The position numbers and the translations under genes were made by a program. Below are positions 24,001 to 30,264 of a stretch of DNA of 30,264 bases, piece after piece (positions within the stretch are counted from its first letter, which is position 1; each line of letters begins with the position of its first letter). Below the pieces are notes generated by a model that did not search any database, was not told the origin of the DNA, and saw nothing but the letters and a program-made list of their open reading frames with translations. This DNA comes from a virus (lineage: Duplodnaviria; Heunggongvirae; Uroviricota; Caudoviricetes): the IMG/VR virus record IMGVR_UViG_2571042445_000006. One strand, written 5' to 3'.

Positions 24001-24789
24001 ACAAAAAACGGTATTCCCTATGTGGCCGGGATTGGTGCGGGGATTGAGGATGTTGATGGTCAGACGCTGAGCAGTATTCTGCTGCAGGCGGACCGTATCG
24101 CGATGATTACCCCGGAGAATGGCAACACCACGCCGCTGTTTGTGGCGCAGGGGAATCAGCTGTTCATGAACGACGTGTTCCTGAAGCGACTGTTTGCGGT
24201 GAGCATCACGTCATCCGGCAATCCTCCTACGTTTTCCCTGACGCCGGATGGCAGGCTGACAGCCCGCAATGCGGATATCAGTGGAGCCATCACGGCGAAT
24301 ACCGGCACGCTCAATAATGTCACCATTAACGAGAACTGTGTCATCAGAGGGAAACTGTCTGCAAACCAGATTGAAGGCGATCTCGTTAAAACAGTGGGTA
24401 AGGCTTTCCCCCGTGACTCCCGTGCACCGGAGCGTTGGCCATCAGGAACCATTACCGTCAGGGTTTATGACGATCAGCCGTTTAACCGGCAGATTGTTAT
24501 TCCGGCGGTGGCTTTCAGCGGTGCCAGACATGAGCGGGAGAACAGCGATACTTATTCGTCATGCCGCCTGATAGTACGGAAAAACGGTGCTGAAATTTAT
24601 AACCGTACCGCGCTGGATAATACGCTGATTTACAGTGGTGTTATTGATATGCCTGCTGGTCGCGGCCACATGACGCTGGAGTTTTCTGTATCAGCATGGT
24701 GGGTAAATGGCTGGTATCCCACAGCAAGTATCAGCGATTTGCTGGTTGTTGTGATGAAGAAAGCCACTGCAGGCATCACGATTAGCTGA
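21097..24789 (+). CDS. J: Tail tip central fibre / host specificity protein J (1230 aa)
   Basis: N-terminal and central regions match lambda gpJ; contains an extended coiled-coil segment and a C-terminal domain that differ from lambda J as I remember it (lambda J is 1132 aa). Confidence 0.95.
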   Translation: MGKGGGKAHTPREAKDNLKSTQMMSVIDAIGEGPIEGPVKGLQSILVNKTPLTDTDGNPVIHGVTAVWRAGEQEQTPPEGFESSGAETGLGVEVTKAKPVTRTITSANIDRLRVTFGVQSLVETTSKGDRNPATVRLLIQLQRNGNWVTEKDVTINGKTTSQFLASVILDNLPPRPFNIRMVRETADSTTDQLQNKTLWSSYTEIIDVKQCYPNTAIVGLQVDAEQFGGQQMTVNYHIRGRIIQVPSNYDPEKRTYSGIWDGSLKPAYSNNPAWCLWDMLTHPRYGMGKRLGAADVDKWALYAIGQYCDQTVPDGFGGTEPRMTFNAYLAQQRKAWDVLSDFCSAMRCMPVWNGQTLTFVQDRPSDVVWPYTNSDVVVDDNGVGFRYSFSALKDRHTAVEVNYTDPQNGWQTSTELVEDPEAILRYGRNLLKMDAFGCTSRGQAHRAGLWVIKTELLETQTVDFTLGSQGLRHTPGDIIEICDNDYAGTLTGGRVLSIDAATRTLTLDREVTLPETGAATVNLINGSGKPVSVDITEHPAPDRIQVSTLPDGVETYGVWGLSLPSLRRRLFRCVSVRENTDGTFAITAVQHVPEKEAIVDNGARFEPQSGSLNSVIPPAVQHLTVEVSAADGQYLAQAKWDTPRVVKGVRFSLRLTSGKGTDARLVTTAITADTEHRFSGLPLGEYTLTVRAINSYGQQGEPATTTFRINAPAKPATIELTPGYFQITAVPRLAVYDPTVQFEFWFSEKRITNTAQVEKSARYLGTGSQWTVQGSRIKPGTDFWFYVRSVNLVGKSAFVEASGQPSNDGEGYLEIFRGLIDETLLGQALKERIDASALRTEVTQLEEDIRQRMDTDIAEVTRKIGKAENSLTQLVAKKNEDQTLAIAQVSQKVDRVSSEISQTVSQGQSENARQIAQVRQYVDKKGSEITSTTDKKLGDQAVTIQQIQRVQSDTRNELNAMYMLKVQKTKNGIPYVAGIGAGIEDVDGQTLSSILLQADRIAMITPENGNTTPLFVAQGNQLFMNDVFLKRLFAVSITSSGNPPTFSLTPDGRLTARNADISGAITANTGTLNNVTINENCVIRGKLSANQIEGDLVKTVGKAFPRDSRAPERWPSGTITVRVYDDQPFNRQIVIPAVAFSGARHERENSDTYSSCRLIVRKNGAEIYNRTALDNTLIYSGVIDMPAGRGHMTLEFSVSAWWVNGWYPTASISDLLVVVMKKATAGITIS

Positions 24790-24807
24790 ATTTTATAACC
24801 CCAATAC

Positions 24808-24832
24808 GGGCGCCAGAAATGGCGCCTTTTTT
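24808..24832 (+). terminator. Rho-independent terminator downstream of J (stem gggcgcc/ggcgcc, loop agaaat, U6 tract)
   Basis: Read directly: gggcgccagaaatggcgcctttttt, 19 nt after the J stop. Confidence 0.8.
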
Positions 24833-24856
24833 ATTGCAGAAAAGCGAGAGGTAATT

Positions 24857-25456
24857 ATGCGTAAAGTTTGTGCAGCCATTTTGTCCGCAGCCATCTGTCT
24901 GTCCGTATCCGGTGCGCCTGCATGGGCGTCTGAACATCAGCCCACACTGAGCGCGGGGTATCTTCATGCCCGTACGAACGCTCCCGGCAGCGATAATCTG
25001 AACGGGATTAACGTGAAATACCGTTATGAGTTTACGGACGCGCTGGGGCTGATTACGTCCTTCAGTTATGCCAATGCTGAGGATGAGCAAAAAACGCACT
25101 ACAGCGATACCCGCTGGCATGAAGATTCCGTGCGTAACCGCTGGTTCAGCGTGATGGCGGGGCCGTCTGTACGCGTGAATGAATGGTTCAGCGCGTATGC
25201 GATGGTGGGTGTGGCTTACAGCCGTGTGTCGACTTTCTCCGGGGATTATCTCCGCGTAACTGACAACAAGGGGAAAACGCACGATGTGCTGACCGGAAGT
25301 GATGACGGTCGCCACAGCAACACGTCTCTGGCGTGGGGGGCTGGCGTGCAGTTTAACCCGACCGAATCCGTAACCATTGACCTTGCTTATGAAGGTTCCG
25401 GTAGTGGCGACTGGCGAACGGATGCATTTATTGTTGGTATCGGATACCGTTTCTGA
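24857..25456 (+). CDS. lom: Lom outer-membrane beta-barrel protein (Ail/Lom/PagC family)
   Basis: 199-aa product with signal peptide (MRKVCAAILSAAICLSVSGAPAWA) and C-terminal GYRF beta-barrel signature; matches lambda Lom. Confidence 0.95.
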   Translation: MRKVCAAILSAAICLSVSGAPAWASEHQPTLSAGYLHARTNAPGSDNLNGINVKYRYEFTDALGLITSFSYANAEDEQKTHYSDTRWHEDSVRNRWFSVMAGPSVRVNEWFSAYAMVGVAYSRVSTFSGDYLRVTDNKGKTHDVLTGSDDGRHSNTSLAWGAGVQFNPTESVTIDLAYEGSGSGDWRTDAFIVGIGYRF

Positions 25457-25561
25457 CAACAGACGCCGATTTATCTTCTGTAAATATTGTTATGATACGC
25501 AGGTTCATCCACCTTATGGGGTGAACTGCGTTTGAGGAAACGTAAAGTTACACTGTCCTGA

Positions 25562-25593
25562 AGCCCGTGGCGTCACTGCTGCGGGCTTTTTTT
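25562..25593 (+). terminator. Rho-independent terminator between lom and stf (stem agcccg.../...cgggct, U7 tract)
   Basis: Read directly: aagcccgtggcgtcactgctgcgggcttttttt, 15 nt upstream of the stf start. Confidence 0.75.
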
Positions 25594-25607
25594 ATTGGTG
25601 GAAAAGT

Positions 25608-28600
25608 ATGACAGTAAAAATTTCTGGCGTGCTTAAAGATGGCACAGGAAAACCAGTACAGAACTGCACCATTGTGCTGAAGGCCAGACGAACCAGCAGC
25701 ACGGTGGTGGTGAACACGGTGGCCTCTGAAAATCCGGATGAAGCCGGACGTTACAGCATGGATGTTGAGCATGGCCAGTACAGCGTCACCCTGCTGGTTG
25801 AAGGTTTTCCGCCTTCACATGCCGGGACCATTACCGTCTATGAAGGTTCCAGACCAGGTACGCTGAATGATTTTCTCGGTGCCATGACGGAGGATGATGT
25901 CCGACCGGAGGCACTGCGCCGCTTTGAGCAGATGGTGGAAGAGGTGTCACGTAACGCCTCCGCGGTTGCACAGAATACGGCAGCCGCGAAAAAATCAGCC
26001 AGCGATGCCAGTGCATCAGCCAGCGAGGCGGCAACTCATGCAACCGATGCTGCAGCCTCAGCACGTGCCGCCAGCACGTCAGCCGGACAGGCCGCGTCGT
26101 CGGCTCAGTCAGCGTCTTCCAGCGCAGGAACGGCATCGACAAAGGCCCGTGAAGCAGCAAAAAGTGCTGCTGCTGCAGAGTCATCAAAAAGCGCGGCAGC
26201 TACCAGCGCCAGTGCCGCGAAAACGTCAGAAACGAATGCCGCAGCATCACAAAAATCGGCAGCCACTTCTGCATCCACAGCGACCATGAAGGCGTCAGAA
26301 GCTGCCACCTCGGCACGGGGTGCGGCGGCCTCAAAAGAGGCAGCGAAATCTTCAGAAACGAATGCATCATCAAGTGCCAGTAGTGCAGCTTCCTCGGCAA
26401 CGGCGGCAGGAAATTCCGCGAAGGCGGCAAAAACGTCCGAGACGAACGCTAAGTCTTCTGAAACAGCAGCGGGACAGAGCGCCTCAGCTGCGGCAGGTTC
26501 AAAAACAGCGGCTGCATTATCTGCCAGTGCCGCGTCAACAAGTGCCGGGCAGGCCTCAGCCAGTGCCACCGCCGCCGGAAAATCGGCAGAAAGCGCCGCA
26601 TCATCCGCTTCAACAGCCACAACGAAGGCTGGCAAAGCCACTGAGCAAGCCACTGCAGCAGCGAGGTCTGCTTCTGCAGCAAAAACCTCTGAAACAAATG
26701 CAAAGACTTCAGCAGACAATGCTGCTTCCTCTAAGGCGGCAGCCGCATCGTCAGCCAGTTCAGCGGCGTCATCGGCATCATCTGCGTCTGCTTCAAAAGA
26801 TGAGGCGACCAGACAAGCGTCAGCAGCGAAAGGTAGTGCCACGACAGCAACAACGAAAGCATCAGAGGCGGCAGGCAGTGCGACGGCTGCATCTCAGAGC
26901 AAAGTTGCTGCTGAATCCGCGGCAACGCGCGCCGAGACAGCAGCAAAACGGGCAGAGGATATTGCATCCGCCGTGGCGCTGGAGGATGCGAGCACGACGA
27001 AAAAGGGGATAGTACAGCTCAGCAGTGCAACAAACAGCACCAGTGAAAAGCTGGCGGCAACGCCAAAGGCAGTTAAAACTGTTAAAGATAGTTCAGTTCA
27101 AAAAACTGGCGACACAATGGGAGGGCAGTTAAAAATCAGCACGATAAATGCTCTTCGAATATTCAACCAAGCCTTTGGCCTTATTTTTAGGCGTTCCGAA
27201 GATCATCTTCATCTTATTCCGACTAATGAAGGGGAGGGGGAAAATGGAGACATCGGTTCATTAAGACCATTCTCTATAAACTTAAGATCAGGGTTGGTGT
27301 CCATCGGTAATGGACTAAAAGTTGGTGGTAGTGTTACTGGTAATTTGACCGGAAACGCAGATACTGCGACCAAGATCAAGACAGCACGTAAGATTGGGGG
27401 CGTGGCATTTGATGGATCGGCAGATATCAACTTGCCTGGAGTCAACGCTACCGGTAATCAAAACACTACAGGTAATGCTGCGACCGCCACGAAACTTCAG
27501 GCAGCCAGAACGATTAACGGTGTGTCATTTGATGGTAGTGCAAATATCACATTGACCCCTTCAAATATTGGGGCATTGGCATTAACTGGAGGGACTCTTT
27601 CAGGTGGTTTAACTGCTGCTGGTGAGGTTATTTCAAGGTCAGCAAATGGTCTGCGTATTGCCTATGGCAACTATGGATTCTTTATCCGAAATGATGGATC
27701 AAACACATATTTTATGTTGACAGATTCGGGTAACAGTCTTGGTACGCACAATAGCTTAAGGCCGTTTATAATTAGTAACCATACTGGCAATGTTACAATT
27801 GCAACTAAATTAAACGCGAGTGGTGGTATCACTGGATCTTTATCGGGTAATGCAAGCACAGCAACCAAATTGCAAACTGCAAGGACAATTAACGGCGTAA
27901 AATTTGACGGCTCGGCAAATATTGAAGCGTTTCCGCCAGGTGTTCCGCTGCCGTGGCCATCAGATACACCACCTGCAGGTTATGCGATCATGCAGGGGCA
28001 GACGTTTGATAAGGCAGCATATCCGAAACTGGCTATTGCCTATCCTTCAGGTGTTATTCCAGATATGCGCGGCTGGACAATCAAGGGCAAACCCGCCAGT
28101 GGCCGGGCCGTATTGTCTCAGGAACAGGACGGCATAAAATCGCACACCCACAGCGCCAGCGCATCCAGTACGGATTTGGGGACGAAAACCACATCGTCGT
28201 TTGATTACGGCACTAAATCCACGAATAACACCGGGGCGCATACGCACAGTCTGAGTGGCTCTACGGGGTCTGCCGGTGTTCATACTCATGGTAATGGTAT
28301 TCGTTGGCCAGGAGGCGGCGGTTCTGCGTTAGCATTTTATGATGGCGGTGGGTTCACTTATGTCCAGAATTCACAGTATCAAGTAAGCCCGGAGACTTCT
28401 TCCTATAGATCGTATTATCAACGTATTCAGACACAGTCAGCAGGTGCTCATACCCACTCGCTGTCTGGTACTGCAGCAAGTTCTGGCGCACATGCACATA
28501 CTGTAGGTATTGGTGCGCATACGCACTCCGTTGCGATTGGTTCACATGGACACACCATCACCGTTAACGCTGCGGGTAACGCGGAAAACACCGTCAAAAA

Positions 28601-28634
28601 CATCGCATTTAACTATATTGTGAGGCTTGCATAA
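25608..28634 (+). CDS. stf: Side tail fibre protein Stf (1008 aa) with Ala/Ser-rich low-complexity region, phage tail-fibre repeats and C-terminal His-rich HxH motifs
   Basis: N-terminus [28 protein letters not shown]... and C-terminus ...[16 protein letters not shown] match lambda Stf; the central region has three copies of the motif TATKLQ(T)ARTINGV(S/K)FDGSANI. Confidence 0.95.
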   Translation: MTVKISGVLKDGTGKPVQNCTIVLKARRTSSTVVVNTVASENPDEAGRYSMDVEHGQYSVTLLVEGFPPSHAGTITVYEGSRPGTLNDFLGAMTEDDVRPEALRRFEQMVEEVSRNASAVAQNTAAAKKSASDASASASEAATHATDAAASARAASTSAGQAASSAQSASSSAGTASTKAREAAKSAAAAESSKSAAATSASAAKTSETNAAASQKSAATSASTATMKASEAATSARGAAASKEAAKSSETNASSSASSAASSATAAGNSAKAAKTSETNAKSSETAAGQSASAAAGSKTAAALSASAASTSAGQASASATAAGKSAESAASSASTATTKAGKATEQATAAARSASAAKTSETNAKTSADNAASSKAAAASSASSAASSASSASASKDEATRQASAAKGSATTATTKASEAAGSATAASQSKVAAESAATRAETAAKRAEDIASAVALEDASTTKKGIVQLSSATNSTSEKLAATPKAVKTVKDSSVQKTGDTMGGQLKISTINALRIFNQAFGLIFRRSEDHLHLIPTNEGEGENGDIGSLRPFSINLRSGLVSIGNGLKVGGSVTGNLTGNADTATKIKTARKIGGVAFDGSADINLPGVNATGNQNTTGNAATATKLQAARTINGVSFDGSANITLTPSNIGALALTGGTLSGGLTAAGEVISRSANGLRIAYGNYGFFIRNDGSNTYFMLTDSGNSLGTHNSLRPFIISNHTGNVTIATKLNASGGITGSLSGNASTATKLQTARTINGVKFDGSANIEAFPPGVPLPWPSDTPPAGYAIMQGQTFDKAAYPKLAIAYPSGVIPDMRGWTIKGKPASGRAVLSQEQDGIKSHTHSASASSTDLGTKTTSSFDYGTKSTNNTGAHTHSLSGSTGSAGVHTHGNGIRWPGGGGSALAFYDGGGFTYVQNSQYQVSPETSSYRSYYQRIQTQSAGAHTHSLSGTAASSGAHAHTVGIGAHTHSVAIGSHGHTITVNAAGNAENTVKNIAFNYIVRLA
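27343..27915 (+). repeat. Three tandem coding repeats inside stf (phage tail-fibre repeat motif), in an AT-richer segment than the surrounding gene
   Basis: Protein-level repeats [28 protein letters not shown] / [28 protein letters not shown] / [28 protein letters not shown]. Confidence 0.8.
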
Positions 28635-29218
28635 TGGCATTCAGAATGAGTGAACAAGCACGGACCATAAAAATTTATAATCTGCTGGCCGGAACTAATG
28701 AATTTATTGGTGAAGGTGACGCATATATTCCGCCTCATACAGGTCTGCCAGCAAACAGTACCGATATTGCACCACCAGATATTCCTGCTGGCTTTGTGGC
28801 TGTTTTCAACAGTGATGAGGCATCGTGGCATCTCGTTGAAGACCATCGGGGGAAAACGGTTTATGACGTAGCGTCAGGGGACGAGTTATTTATTTCTGAA
28901 CTCGGTCCGTTACCGGAAAATGTTACCTGGTTATCGCCGGAAGGGGAGTTTCAGAAGTGGAACGGCACAGCCTGGGTGAAGGATACGGAAGCAGAAAAAC
29001 TGTTCCGGATCCGGGAGGCGGAAGAAACAAAAAACAACCTGATGCAGGTAGCCAGTGAGCATATTGCGCCGCTTCAGGATGCTGCAGATCTGGAAATTGC
29101 AACGGAGGAAGAAACCTCATTGCTGGAAGCCTGGAAAAAGTATCGGGTGTTGCTGAACCGTGTTGATACATCAACTGCACCTGATATTGAGTGGCCTACG
29201 AACCCTGTCAGGGAGTAA
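28634..29218 (+). CDS. tfa: Tail fibre assembly protein Tfa
   Basis: 194-aa product [39 protein letters not shown]... matching lambda Tfa; start overlaps the stf stop (TAATG). Confidence 0.95.
   Translation: MAFRMSEQARTIKIYNLLAGTNEFIGEGDAYIPPHTGLPANSTDIAPPDIPAGFVAVFNSDEASWHLVEDHRGKTVYDVASGDELFISELGPLPENVTWLSPEGEFQKWNGTAWVKDTEAEKLFRIREAEETKNNLMQVASEHIAPLQDAADLEIATEEETSLLEAWKKYRVLLNRVDTSTAPDIEWPTNPVRE
29054..29218 (+). repeat. Direct repeat copy 1 (tfa 3-prime end, about 165 bp)
   Basis: About 85 percent identical to 30103-30264, including a perfectly conserved 38-nt core cgtgttgatacatcaactgcacctgatattgagtggcc. Confidence 0.85.
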
Positions 29219-29232
29219 TCATTGGGATTATG

Positions 29233-29265
29233 CCGCAGCACGTCTTAAGCAAGAACGTGCTGCGG
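29233..29265. terminator. Hairpin between convergent tfa and methyltransferase genes (11-bp stem ccgcagcacgt/acgtgctgcgg), possible bidirectional terminator
   Basis: Read directly; the U-tract on the plus strand is 9 nt away from the stem, so assignment is tentative. Confidence 0.4.
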
Positions 29266-29272
29266 TTGGATG

Positions 29273-29941
29273 CTATTTTTTCCCTGAAGCGGAAAACATT
29301 ACTACAGTACCTTGAACCTTGGTTTTAACATTCTCGAAATGCTCTGAGAGTATATGTGTTAAGCCTTCTTCGGAATCTTTTGTGTTTGAAAAGATGCCTT
29401 TCTGATTGTAAATGCGCATCAGTTTTTGACCGAAGCTATTGTGCACAACTCCATCGCCAAGAATTGTGGCTCCGTATAGAGTTCCATCGTCAGTTAAGGC
29501 CTGCGCCGCATTGCGTATTACACAGCTTTTTGTAGATATATTTCCAGGCAGGCAGTGAAGAAGGTAAAACATGGAAATGGAATCAAATTGACCATGTAAC
29601 GCCGCGGGATAAGGTTCAAAAACATCATGGCTAATTTTATGTTTAATTTTTGATTCCCCAGCCCTTGTAGATGCCGCGTTCAGGCTAGCTTCGTTCAAAT
29701 CCATTAAAGATATCAGACTACTCTCAGGTACGTGAGTAAGGTAAAACCCAGTTCCAACACCAATATCCAGATGGTTGTTACCTACATGTTCCAGAAAGTG
29801 TGGAAGAAGGTGTTCCTTTGTAGGACATCCCCATGCAAGCCGATTTGATACTCCCAAAACCCACCAGTCATAAAGCTTTAGGGTAAGTGGTGTGTAAATT
29901 TTAGCCCCATCATCTGTGTTTTTTTTCATTGATTTCACCAT
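29273..29941 (-). CDS. Class I SAM-dependent methyltransferase (Rossmann fold, motif I LDIGVGTGF); substrate unknown
   Basis: 222-aa minus-strand ORF in an AT-rich segment; glycine-rich SAM-binding motif I (LDIGVGTGFYL) and a downstream acidic residue (LMD); no DPPY or PCQ DNA-methyltransferase motifs seen. Alternative start at the Met 12 nt downstream of 29941. Confidence 0.75.
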   Translation of the reverse strand: MVKSMKKNTDDGAKIYTPLTLKLYDWWVLGVSNRLAWGCPTKEHLLPHFLEHVGNNHLDIGVGTGFYLTHVPESSLISLMDLNEASLNAASTRAGESKIKHKISHDVFEPYPAALHGQFDSISMFYLLHCLPGNISTKSCVIRNAAQALTDDGTLYGATILGDGVVHNSFGQKLMRIYNQKGIFSNTKDSEEGLTHILSEHFENVKTKVQGTVVMFSASGKK

Positions 29942-29997
29942 GTTATAGTTTTATTTGTGAATTAAATCAATTATGGCGATGAATTACAAGGGGTTAA

Positions 29998-30264
29998 ATG
30001 CTGCCGCAGCATAGCGATATTGAAATAGCCTGGTATGCTTCGATACAGCAGGAGCCGAATGACTGGAAGACCGTCACCACACAGTTCCACATCCAGGAAT
30101 TCAGTGAGTATATTGCGCCACTGCAGGATGCTGTAGATCTGGAAATCGCAACGGCGGAAGAAAGATCGTTGCTGGAGGCATGGAATAAATATCGGGTATT
30201 GTTGAATCGTGTTGATACATCAACTGCACCTGATATTGAGTGGCCGACTTCACCTGCAGAGTAA
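29998..30264 (+). CDS. Tfa-like tail fibre assembly protein paralogue (88 aa) with a divergent N-terminus and conserved Tfa C-terminal domain
   Basis: C-terminal 51 aa ([51 protein letters not shown]) parallels the Tfa C-terminus; AAGGGG RBS upstream; the stop codon is the last triplet of the window. Confidence 0.75.
   Translation: MLPQHSDIEIAWYASIQQEPNDWKTVTTQFHIQEFSEYIAPLQDAVDLEIATAEERSLLEAWNKYRVLLNRVDTSTAPDIEWPTSPAE
30103..30264 (+). repeat. Direct repeat copy 2 (tfa-like 3-prime end)
   Basis: See copy 1 at 29054-29218. Confidence 0.85.

Noticed and set aside
25990-27000. Possible CRISPR array or non-coding tandem repeat array suggested by repetitive DNA
   Set aside because: The repeats are in-frame codon repeats within stf, with no spacer-repeat periodicity and no flanking cas genes.
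25894-27012. Several long ORFs in other frames and on the minus strand (for example 26105-26842 minus, 26320-27012 plus) with Pro/Gln/Arg-rich or Ala/Asp-rich translations
   Set aside because: They lie within the Ala/Ser-rich low-complexity region of stf; they are frame artefacts of repetitive GC-rich codons, not genes.

Overview
This window is the late region of a lambdoid prophage (Enterobacteriaceae, E. coli-like), with an IS200-family element cut by the left edge of the window. Left to right: (1) IS200 tnpA plus a 250-bp tandem duplication of its 3-prime end; (2) a phage-21/Qin-type lysis cassette (dual-start pinholin, DUF1327 gene, SAR endolysin, Rz with embedded Rz1); (3) a cold-shock moron cluster (cspI-like, GnsB-like, DUF1398 YdfO-like, DUF3950); (4) an intact lambda-type cos site followed by a complete packaging, head and tail gene set (Nu1, A, W, B, C/Nu3, D, E, FI, FII, Z, U, V, G/G-T, H, M, L, K, I, J) whose gene lengths match the lambda reference as I recall it; (5) the lom, stf and tfa tail-fibre morons; and (6) an AT-rich cargo insertion carrying a class I SAM-dependent methyltransferase on the opposite strand, flanked by two diverged copies of the tfa 3-prime end. 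I found no CRISPR array, rRNA or tRNA. The most interesting unexplained items are a roughly 280-bp insertion between tail genes I and J bounded by two strong hairpin terminators (possible antisense small RNA), the methyltransferase cargo inside the duplicated tfa region, and the IS200 sitting where the Q/late-promoter region would normally lie. All protein identifications rest on my recognition of the translated ORFs against remembered lambda and E. coli K-12 prophage proteins; no database search was run.
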